From: Candidatus Heimdallarchaeota archaeon
GTDB taxonomy: Archaea > Asgardarchaeota > Heimdallarchaeia > Heimdallarchaeales > Heimdallarchaeaceae
NCBI GenBank assembly: GCA_016840095.1
Contig: JAEOSZ010000060.1
Span: forward strand, 1-31,879
Reading direction: 5' to 3'
Length of the DNA: 31,879 bases
A program made the position numbers and the translations under genes. A model generated the notes under the pieces. The model ran no database searches. It was not told where the DNA came from and saw nothing but the letters and a program-made list of their open reading frames with translations. This document shows, piece by piece, positions 1 to 7,932 of this stretch (position 1 is the stretch's first letter; the number at the start of each line of letters is the position of its first letter).

Positions 1-862
1 CAATAATAGTTGGGGTTTCCTTTTCTATATCATTAATAAAAATCGAGATTGATTTCCTCTCAGGTTGAAATTCAAGCACTTGATAATTTCTTTCTTGGAA
101 GAAATTCTTAATAACATCATCCCAAACTGCAAATCTGAATACTGTCACCGTCTCATCTTTTCTAAGATCTCTGAGTTGCTCTGGAGAACCTTCAGCAATG
201 AGTTTTCCATGATTTATTATTCCAACTCTTGAAGATAATCTTTCTGCTTCAAAGAGATTATGTGTACAGATAAAGAAAGTTCTCTCCTCTAGCTTAGACA
301 ATTTTGAAATTTGATCTCTAACAACCTTCGCAGATTCTGGTGCTAAAGATGCAGTAGGTTCGTCTAGAAAAATTACTGGAGGGTCATGAATCATTGCTCT
401 TGCAATAGCTACTTTTTGTCTCATACCTTTACTTAAAGAACCTGAAGGTAAATCTATTTTGTCAGATAGGTCAAAAAGATCGATAAGCTCTTCAATTCTA
501 GGTTTTATTTCCTCTTTTGGAAGACTGTATAAGTTAGCAATAAATTCCAAATTTTGTCTAACAGTTAGTCTTTCATAAAGAGCTGGTGTTTCAGTAAGAA
601 GACCTACTTGACTTCTCACCGTAGAAGCATCATCTACTATATCATAACCTAGAATTTTTGCACCACCTATAGAAGGCTGCAAAATCCCCGTTAGAAGGCG
701 TGTAGTTGTTGTTTTTCCTGCCCCATTGGGGCCAAGTAGACTGTAAATCTCTGCTTTTTCTATTGCAATATCAAGAGTATCAACTGCTCTTAGATGAGCT
801 CTTTGACCATCTTTCTTTATGTCATAATCTTTGGTTAAACCTTTAGTTTCTACAGCTAACAT
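1..862 (-). CDS. ABC transporter ATP-binding protein (ABC-2/drug-exporter type), 3' end truncated by the window edge
   Basis: Not in the ORF track because it runs off the edge. Translated by hand from the ATG at 862: MLAVETKGLTKDY... It has Walker A GPNGAGKTT, signature LSKGMRQKV, Walker B IFLDEPT and H-loop CTHNL. Confidence 0.93.
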   Translation of the reverse strand, partial: MLAVETKGLTKDYDIKKDGQRAHLRAVDTLDIAIEKAEIYSLLGPNGAGKTTTTRLLTGILQPSIGGAKILGYDIVDDASTVRSQVGLLTETPALYERLTVRQNLEFIANLYSLPKEEIKPRIEELIDLFDLSDKIDLPSGSLSKGMRQKVAIARAMIHDPPVIFLDEPTASLAPESAKVVRDQISKLSKLEERTFFICTHNLFEAERLSSRVGIINHGKLIAEGSPEQLRDLRKDETVTVFRFAVWDDVIKNFFQERNYQVLEFQPERKSISIFINDIEKETPTII

Positions 863-914
863 TCAAGCTCAAAAAGAACTATGATTTTAATAAATCTTTA
901 GAAAGAAAAAAACA

Positions 915-2171
915 TCATGCATTTTTTTCATCAATGATTTTTCTAAGTGTGTCAACTAATCTCCAGACATCCTCATAGCTATTGCTTAATGGAGATGGAG
1001 TAAATCTCAGAAAGTTTGGTGGTCTAAAATCATGTATGATGTTAAACTCTAAGAGTTGTTCATGAATAGATGTTGCATCATCGTGCTCCAAGGCAATATG
1101 TCCTCCACGTTGATTTGGTAATCTAGGAGTTGCGAGTTTGAAGCTATAGGGTTCATCTGTTAGAATGTTATCAATTAGATATATTAGGTAGGAAGTCATT
1201 TTCAACGATTTATCACGAATGTTCTCAATTCCAGCTTGAGTAATAAGATCTAATGAACCTTCCAAAGCTGCTGAACCTAAAATTGCTGGTGATGATATTT
1301 GCCAACCACCTGCGCTTCTAGCTTGTTCAAAATGAATATTCATCTCAAATTGCTTTTCTTTAACATATCCAAACCACCCAGTTAAAGCTGCATCTTTATC
1401 AAAATGCTTCTCGTTTACGTAAATGAATGCACTGGCACCTGGACCAGCATTGAGATATTTATATGAACACCAAAAAGCGAAGTCAACATTCCACTCATCA
1501 AATTTGTGAGGAACAACACCAACTGAGTGAGAGCAATCCCATCCTATGAGGACATCTTTGCTGTGAGCATTCTCTGTTATCCCTTCAATATCTAGAAGCT
1601 GTCCACTTCTGAAAAGAACTGAAGGAAGGATTACTAAAGCTACGTCCTTAGTTATCATTCGCTTTATCTTAGATTCATCAAGAAATTTGCCATCATCACT
1701 CTTTACCAATTTGAGGGATTTAGCTGGATCTAAAGCTTTTAACTTGACTTGACTCTGAAGAGCATATATATCTGTAGGAAAATTTAGTTCATCAGCTAAT
1801 ATCTTGTTTTTCTCCTCTGTAGGCTGGTAGAATGTGCTAACAAGAGAATGAAGATTTACAGTAGTAGTTCCAGTAGCTACAACTTCTTCAGGTTTGGCAC
1901 CTACTAATGGTGCGGCTTTCTCACCAAGTTTTTCTGCTTGGTAAAACCATGGTTTATCTCCTACTCCCCATCCTTGAACTCCTAAAGTTTTCCATTCATC
2001 AAGAACTCTCAATAATGTTGTAGCTGCATCTTTTGATAATAACCCTAAGGAATTACCATTGAGATAGATGCTATCTGTGGGTGTAAAGAATCTCTCTTTG
2101 AAGTGACGAAGAGGGTCAGTTGAATCCATCTTTTTAGCTAAGTTTATACTTAATTCTTCAGAATCACTCAT
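915..2171 (-). CDS. kynU: Kynureninase (PLP-dependent, fold type I)
   Basis: Motifs DPLRHFKERF, IYLNGNSLGL, TTTVNLH, FPTDIY, WDCSHSVG, WCSYKYLNAGPG (PLP lysine), GWFG and QISSP are typical of KynU. The start is probably the ATG at 2171 (MSDSEEL), not the TTG at 2189. Confidence 0.95.
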   Translation of the reverse strand: MSDSEELSINLAKKMDSTDPLRHFKERFFTPTDSIYLNGNSLGLLSKDAATTLLRVLDEWKTLGVQGWGVGDKPWFYQAEKLGEKAAPLVGAKPEEVVATGTTTVNLHSLVSTFYQPTEEKNKILADELNFPTDIYALQSQVKLKALDPAKSLKLVKSDDGKFLDESKIKRMITKDVALVILPSVLFRSGQLLDIEGITENAHSKDVLIGWDCSHSVGVVPHKFDEWNVDFAFWCSYKYLNAGPGASAFIYVNEKHFDKDAALTGWFGYVKEKQFEMNIHFEQARSAGGWQISSPAILGSAALEGSLDLITQAGIENIRDKSLKMTSYLIYLIDNILTDEPYSFKLATPRLPNQRGGHIALEHDDATSIHEQLLEFNIIHDFRPPNFLRFTPSPLSNSYEDVWRLVDTLRKIIDEKNA

Positions 2172-2259
2172 TACTCTCAATAAAAACAAAATTCGGAAAG
2201 ATATATACTTTATGGATTAAAAATGATTGATTTTCTAAAAATTTGGTTTTATGGTTTTT

Positions 2260-2415
2260 TTAATCTTTGAAGATAAGAGTTGCGATAGGTCCTTGTGAGT
2301 TTGTTTCAAAGCAGTTTGCATAATTCAAAATTAACACTAACAATAGAATGAAACAAACCATTTTTCTCTTCTCTTAATTAAAAAATAAAGTGTAAAAGCA
2401 CCAATAAAAGTTTAG
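2260..2415 (-). pseudogene. Degenerate duplicate of the promoter and first ~40 codons of the adjacent SBP gene
   Basis: Minus-strand aaacttttattggtgcttttacac...aAGagaagagaaaaatggtttgttt...ttagtgttaa...caaactcacaaggacctatcgc aligns with the SBP gene's aaacttttattagtgtttctgcac...aTGagaagagaaaagtggtttgctt...ttagtgttaa...caaactcacaagagcctatagc. ATG has become AAG at 2375-2373, followed by a frameshift and a stop at 2262-2260. Confidence 0.8.
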
Positions 2416-2443
2416 GGAACTCAAAAGAGGTCATTTAAAAGCT

Positions 2444-4390
2444 TTAGACTATTCCAATTTTTCGTTTTCTAATTCTAGTTATAAGTTTTGAAATCCCTAA
2501 AATTAGAACAAGAGTTAATATCATAGCTCCTGTATCTATGTTTGTTTCAAGTGAATAGTAGTATCCAGCTGCTTCTAACCATTCAATAGCAGTATCTAGA
2601 TCATAATTGTATTTGATGATATCATTGTAATAGTAGAATGGTTGAGATGGATAGATTACACTGTGAGATACAAAAGATTCTCCATCATAAAAAACCTGAT
2701 TTATTTCATCTCTGTCAATAGCATAGTTTATTGCTTTTCTTACTGCGCATGCTTTTGTGTAATTTTCTTTTCCTTCTTGTTCTAGATATCTAAAGTTATC
2801 ATCACCTCCAATGAAGGGTCTTCTGAGATTATAAGCCATAAATAACATTGAGGTGTCATTGAATGAATTTACTAAGTATTGTTGATCTGCTTGCATCATC
2901 TTTCTCTCTCCTGTGAAAGTTGTTATATCAGCAATATCTAATCTTCCAGCTTCGAATTCTGCTAGTTCAGCTGAGAGATCAGGAATAATACGAACGGTAA
3001 TTGTATCAATAAACGGAGATAACCCAGTTTCGCCAGTTATTGCACCTCTACCATGCCATCCATCCCATCTTTTTAACACTGTTTGGTAGTTTTTGATACG
3101 ATAATCTAAGCTGTATGGTCCACAACCAAATGCTGAGGTACTGTAAGCTATCCATTCTGGGGTGTTGATCATGTCTGCATAGAGCCCTGTACATTCAACT
3201 CCACCTTCTGTGTAAGTAACAGTTGGATCTGTTGAGTTTAAGAAGAATTCTGGTAAGACCTCCCATGTTAGTTTTGCCCACATATCTGCATAAGGTTCAA
3301 TTTCAACAGTTTCTGGATTTCCATCAATATGAATGTGGAATGATAATTCATCTACTGGATCGACATAACAGTCTGAAATCCAATCATGATGATGAGTGGT
3401 ATCACTAATCTCTGAATTAGCCCAGGTCAAATAGGTAAATACTGCGTCTTTTGCAGTTACTTGATGACTGGTACCAGTACTTGGTAAACCGTCTTTCAAA
3501 CCAACCATATATTCTCCAGCAGGAATGTCTCCTAGTGGTATAGAGTCATCATCTCTTGCTGTAGAGTTGTAGGAGGGGTTCCAGTAAACATCGTCCATCA
3601 TCCAAAATTGGAAATGTGTTTCGTCAATTTGATCCCAATCAGATACAAGTCCTGTCTTTACAGGAGCAAAGTCTGGATTCATCTGGAGAATTGGTTCAAA
3701 CAGATAACTTGCAATTGTTGAACTAGAACTATCAGCTGAAAACAATGGGTTCAAATCTACCCAGTTTGCATCTGCAAAGTTAAATTCTGTTAAATTGTCT
3801 TGACCACTGTGATAACCATCATAGCTCATGTATGGAAGAGAATCCCTTAATCCCCATCGCACGTCATACCCAAGAGTGTTAGCCCAAACAACGTTGTACC
3901 CCTTCTCGGTGAACAAAGGGAGAATTGGGATGATTTTGTCCATAACAAGATTCTGCCATTCATATAGATATGTCTGTCTTGCACTTGGGTCAACCATAGT
4001 TTCTTGAATCATTTGCATTTCTTCTGATTCATTTTGATAAGGTATATCTGGTCCAAGTCCAAATATGTTTAGAGAACCGTCAGACATCCAAATAGCTTTA
4101 GCACCTGGATATGCTCCACCACCACCTAAACGAAAAATTCCTATATCATAATCGTGTGTTATTGGTATTACCGGAAAATAAGACCATTCCTCTACTTTGA
4201 CTACTACTTCAATACCTATGTCTTTCAAGTCGTATGCGATGAATAGAGCAATATCAGGTCTAATTCCTCCTCCAACATGGTTGAAGACTAATCTCGCTAT
4301 AGGCTCTTGTGAGTTTGCTCCATACTTGCTACCAATACTGAATGTTAACACTAATAATGTGATTAAAGCAAACCACTTTTCTCTTCTCAT
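2444..4390 (-). CDS. ABC transporter substrate-binding protein, family 5 (OppA/DppA-like), circularly permuted, with N-terminal signal and C-terminal membrane anchor
   Basis: SBP5 motifs LNP, VTAKDAVFTY, GCGPY, VRKAINYAIDR, YNYDLDTAIEWLEAAGY and DLKDIGIEV are present. It has a hydrophobic N-terminus and a C-terminal TM helix followed by RIRKRK. Confidence 0.88.
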   Translation of the reverse strand: MRREKWFALITLLVLTFSIGSKYGANSQEPIARLVFNHVGGGIRPDIALFIAYDLKDIGIEVVVKVEEWSYFPVIPITHDYDIGIFRLGGGGAYPGAKAIWMSDGSLNIFGLGPDIPYQNESEEMQMIQETMVDPSARQTYLYEWQNLVMDKIIPILPLFTEKGYNVVWANTLGYDVRWGLRDSLPYMSYDGYHSGQDNLTEFNFADANWVDLNPLFSADSSSSTIASYLFEPILQMNPDFAPVKTGLVSDWDQIDETHFQFWMMDDVYWNPSYNSTARDDDSIPLGDIPAGEYMVGLKDGLPSTGTSHQVTAKDAVFTYLTWANSEISDTTHHHDWISDCYVDPVDELSFHIHIDGNPETVEIEPYADMWAKLTWEVLPEFFLNSTDPTVTYTEGGVECTGLYADMINTPEWIAYSTSAFGCGPYSLDYRIKNYQTVLKRWDGWHGRGAITGETGLSPFIDTITVRIIPDLSAELAEFEAGRLDIADITTFTGERKMMQADQQYLVNSFNDTSMLFMAYNLRRPFIGGDDNFRYLEQEGKENYTKACAVRKAINYAIDRDEINQVFYDGESFVSHSVIYPSQPFYYYNDIIKYNYDLDTAIEWLEAAGYYYSLETNIDTGAMILTLVLILGISKLITRIRKRKIGIV

Positions 4391-4439
4391 AGTTAGTAAA
4401 TTATGTGCAGAAACACTAATAAAAGTTTAGAGAATAAGT

Positions 4440-5717
4440 TCAAAATCTATATTGAAAAGGTTGAATCTCTAGATCTTGCTTTTTTCTGATTTTTTTCACT
4501 TCTTTACTTATGAATCTTTTACCTTTTCCTTTTGGCATATACTTCTTAGAGATTTCATAATAATTGAGTGCATCGTTCAAATTGACATCAGATTTTCTTT
4601 TCATTCTTGCTAAGTTAAGATTTGCTACTACATTAGATGGATCTATTCTTAAACTGTGTTTCAGCAACTTCTCTGCTTCTTCATAGTTCCCTTTGTAAAA
4701 TTCTTTTATTCCTTGATTTCCTATCCTTTGTGACATCAGATTAACTGCATCAAAGCTAAAGAAGTTAGTAGATTCTTTATCTAATGTTAACACATAAGCA
4801 AACATCTTCTCATAGTTTTCTTCCTTGGTTAAGCAAATTTGTATTTTGTTCACCCAATGAGAGTAAAATGAGGATATTGAATGTATTAGTTTCAAAGGAT
4901 TCTTTCTTCTTTTAAGCCAAATTGTCATCAAAATTCTATGTAATTCAATATCCTTGAAGAAATCAATAGCTTTTGCATTAATTTTCTTAATAATTTCATC
5001 TGGAAACATACTCAAGAAGATATGTCCTAGTATTGGATTGATTGTAATAAAACTTGCACAATAGAAAACAATATTTTCGAAAGAGAAAAATTTCTCCAAA
5101 CTGTCAGGTAAGTTGTGCAAATTGTTAATGCAATTATTTTCAATAGTATCAAGAAATTGAGGATCAGGATTTTCTAGTTGAGAAAAGATTCTTGTTCTTA
5201 GAGTTGAAATGAAATGTCTTTTTTCAAAGAATTCAACATAAGCTGGCTTTTGAGCTAAAACTCTTAATCCTTTTTCACTCAAGTAACTTCTTTGTCTTTT
5301 TTTTCTGATTTTGATGTAACCTGTCCTTGTTAATGTTCTTCTAAGAAATAGATATGTAAAACCTATTTTATGTATATTTTGAAAATAATCAACTCCAAAA
5401 AGATATTTCATAGTAATTAATTGTTTTCGATAATTCTTGAATCTCAGTTTTTTTACAGATTTTGCTAAATTGGGTGTTTCAATATACAGTTTCCCTTCTG
5501 GTTTTAGTACTCTGTACCATTCTGCTAGGATATATGGGATGTGAATAATGTCAAAATGCTCTATGATATGTGATGCTTCTATAACATCCACACTGTTATC
5601 TTCATAGGGAAGTGAAGAAACATCTAGAATTTTATCAGCTATTTCTTTTTCTTCTAAATCTATGTTCACATAACCAGGTTTGTAAAAAATTCCACATCCT
5701 AGATTGAGTTTCAGCAT
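4440..5717 (-). CDS. Class I SAM-dependent methyltransferase (Methyltransf_11-like) with a C-terminal TPR repeat
   Basis: Motifs LNLGCG (motif I), VNID, LPYEDNSVD, SHIIEH and EWYRVLKPEG. The C-terminus GIKEFYKGNYEEAEKLLKHSLRIDPSNVVANLNLA is TPR-like. The start is likely the ATG at 5717 (AGAGGA upstream), just after the rSAM stop. Confidence 0.85.
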   Translation of the reverse strand: MLKLNLGCGIFYKPGYVNIDLEEKEIADKILDVSSLPYEDNSVDVIEASHIIEHFDIIHIPYILAEWYRVLKPEGKLYIETPNLAKSVKKLRFKNYRKQLITMKYLFGVDYFQNIHKIGFTYLFLRRTLTRTGYIKIRKKRQRSYLSEKGLRVLAQKPAYVEFFEKRHFISTLRTRIFSQLENPDPQFLDTIENNCINNLHNLPDSLEKFFSFENIVFYCASFITINPILGHIFLSMFPDEIIKKINAKAIDFFKDIELHRILMTIWLKRRKNPLKLIHSISSFYSHWVNKIQICLTKEENYEKMFAYVLTLDKESTNFFSFDAVNLMSQRIGNQGIKEFYKGNYEEAEKLLKHSLRIDPSNVVANLNLARMKRKSDVNLNDALNYYEISKKYMPKGKGKRFISKEVKKIRKKQDLEIQPFQYRF

Positions 5718-5727
5718 GTTATCCTCT

Positions 5728-6777
5728 CTAATTCTTTCTTTGTCTTTCTCTTCTTGGCACTTTAACTTGAAATAATTGCTCTTCAATTCTTCTTAAGCAG
5801 AAAGGTGAGTTGTGCATTTTTCCTGTTAGATGTAATGAAGTTGAATTACATCCTCCTTCACAGCTTGAACCATAAAAACAATTAATGCAATTTTCTCCTA
5901 GTTGTGATTTGGAGAAATTTCTATTATAGGAAAAGGAATTTGGATCGTTCCAGATTTGAACTAAACTCCTCTTTCTAACATTATCTTCAATTAGTTGGTT
6001 GCTTCCAAAAGTCAAGCATCCAGAAACTCCTCCATCAGAGGTTATTCCAATAGAATTTATTCCTGCAGTACATCCTTTCCATGTTTTGTTATTAGGTAAC
6101 AAATGTGAATGGTAACCATAACAATGAGCTCCTACAACTGAAATTCTCTCTGAATGTTTTGAACTCCATTCTTTAACAATAAACATAGCTGAAGCATAAT
6201 ATTCCTCCTTACTTATGACAAGTGAAGGATCGAAATTTCCAAACGGCATTCCAATTTGTAATTGCCAATTTACTTTTTTTCCTGCAAGAGTGTCTTTAAT
6301 ATCCAATAGTTCCTTGAAGTTTGTTTTACTTAGTGTAGTAATTATAGTAGTTTGAATACCTTCTGCTAAAAGCAAATCAATTGCTTCTAGTGCTACTTCA
6401 AAAGAACCTTCTCTTCTTATATAATCATGAGTTTTTTTTGTTCCATCCAGAGAAACACCAACAACATTTGGTTCTAAGATAGATAGGTCTTTGATAACAT
6501 TAGGGACTAAAATTCCATTGGTTACAAATGCTAAGTTCATTCCTAAATCCTTTATACACCAGGCTATATCATACCAATCCTCTCTTACAAATGGTTCCCC
6601 TCCCATTAAGCAAACATTTGTACAATTAAGTTCAGCTAAATCTTCACAAACTGTAAACCATTCATCTGATGACAGTTCATTTTCCCTTGCCATACCAGCA
6701 CTTGATCCACAATGTTTACATTTCATATTACAAGCTAAAGTGATCTCAAGAATAACACCATGTAAGTCGTACTTCAA
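5728..6777 (-). CDS. Radical SAM/SPASM maturase, splicease (PlpX / Y_X(10)_GDL-associated)-like
   Basis: CxxxCxxC in EITLACNMKCKHCGSSAG, plus GGEPF. SPASM cysteines: WKGCTAG-...-SGC, CINCFYGSSCEGGC (Cx2Cx5Cx3C) and NSPFC. TTG start preceded by GGTGA. The rSAM/SPASM call is firm. The subfamily call comes from remembered motif resemblance. Confidence 0.9.
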   Translation of the reverse strand: MKYDLHGVILEITLACNMKCKHCGSSAGMARENELSSDEWFTVCEDLAELNCTNVCLMGGEPFVREDWYDIAWCIKDLGMNLAFVTNGILVPNVIKDLSILEPNVVGVSLDGTKKTHDYIRREGSFEVALEAIDLLLAEGIQTTIITTLSKTNFKELLDIKDTLAGKKVNWQLQIGMPFGNFDPSLVISKEEYYASAMFIVKEWSSKHSERISVVGAHCYGYHSHLLPNNKTWKGCTAGINSIGITSDGGVSGCLTFGSNQLIEDNVRKRSLVQIWNDPNSFSYNRNFSKSQLGENCINCFYGSSCEGGCNSTSLHLTGKMHNSPFCLRRIEEQLFQVKVPRRERQRKN

Positions 6778-6783
6778 GACATC

Positions 6784-7221
6784 TCACCCATCGCAATTAT
6801 CTTTTTCAAAGACGTTGTATAATATAACTGCACTTAATGGTGTGTATACATCTTTGAATATTAGAAAGAAACTAACTATTGACAAAGTAAGATTTAGTAA
6901 TACAATAAAAGTCATTAGAATCCTATCTTTCATTAATCGCTTCCCTGTAGCAAATGATAAAGCTAAATTAGCCGAACCTATACCAAATAGAGTTAAAGTA
7001 CCCCAAGTGTAAGTTATTTGTACACCACTATGAGGATAAGTTGAATGTGCACTCTCCCAACGTCCAAATACAACACCAAGAAGTGAAGAGAGAAGATAAA
7101 AACCTGCTTGAATTATAGAAAAGATCAATCTTCTATAGAATATTTGCCTTCTTGAATATATGACTTCAGAAGAATCTATTTCTAATATCTTTGATACTTC
7201 ATCCAGCTTTTCTCTATCCAT
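6784..7221 (-). CDS. 3-TM membrane protein, paralog C; putative rSAM substrate (C-terminal ILYNV)
   Basis: Shares EKL[DE]E, RxxF, IQxG, SxLGxxFGxWE, YP and a terminal xxY[GN]V with the two upstream paralogs. Three hydrophobic segments. Confidence 0.8.
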   Translation of the reverse strand: MDREKLDEVSKILEIDSSEVIYSRRQIFYRRLIFSIIQAGFYLLSSLLGVVFGRWESAHSTYPHSGVQITYTWGTLTLFGIGSANLALSFATGKRLMKDRILMTFIVLLNLTLSIVSFFLIFKDVYTPLSAVILYNVFEKDNCDG

Positions 7222-7334
7222 TTCTTACACTTACTCATTAACACTTTCAATAGCTTGCTTTATTCACCTTGATATATGCACATTCACTATTAAAACTTTG
7301 TTAGAAATACTAATTTTGGGTTTGGTTGATTAAA

Positions 7335-7787
7335 TCATTCTTCTCTTTCATGAACATTGTACATTGGAACCATTGTCATTGTTCCTTGCTGATCTCCTAA
7401 AACAGAATGGTAGATAAGAAAGAATGAGAGGAATGATATTCCAAGATTGATTAAAGGAATAATGACTCCAAGAAGCTTATCTATTCCAAGTTTATTCTTT
7501 GTTGTAATTGTTAAGGTTAAATTCCCCCCACCTAAACCAACTAAAGTAATTGAACCCCAAAAATTGGCTCTTGATATTCCACCAAAAATACCATAAGGAT
7601 ATTCTGTTGAGCTAACCTTTTCCCAATAACCAAATGCTAGACCGAGAAGTGACGAAGAAATAAAGAATCCAGCTTGAATGAGAGGAAAGACCATTCTTCT
7701 AAGTGTTCTTTTTGTCTTTGAACCAACTATACTTGAAGATTGCATTTCAAGCAACCCTGAGACTTCTTCAAGTTTTTCTTCGTTCAT
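7335..7787 (-). CDS. 3-TM membrane protein, paralog B; putative rSAM substrate (C-terminal VPMYNV; loop YPYG)
   Basis: Same conserved blocks as its neighbours, with an ATG start. Confidence 0.82.
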   Translation of the reverse strand: MNEEKLEEVSGLLEMQSSSIVGSKTKRTLRRMVFPLIQAGFFISSSLLGLAFGYWEKVSSTEYPYGIFGGISRANFWGSITLVGLGGGNLTLTITTKNKLGIDKLLGVIIPLINLGISFLSFFLIYHSVLGDQQGTMTMVPMYNVHEREE

Positions 7788-7932
7788 TTATAACACGTCT
7801 TTGGTTTGAGATTAGAAATTTTGATTAATCATGTAAATTACTTTTTTCTTCCCATAGATACTATATTAGTTGAAATGACGTTAATAAAGATTATTGAAAA
7901 ACCTAGCAGATAATTCAATGAGAATTGGATTT

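Noticed and set aside
5718-5786. Longer methyltransferase start overlapping the rSAM 3' end
   Set aside because: Motif I (LNLGCG) starts right after the ATG at 5717, which has an AGAGGA RBS.
6775-6786. Paralog C and the rSAM are in the same frame, separated only by TGA plus two codons (possible readthrough or Sec fusion)
   Set aside because: The TGA is part of a GGTGA ribosome-binding motif properly spaced from the rSAM TTG start. Same-frame adjacency occurs one time in three by chance, and no SECIS-like hairpin was recognised.
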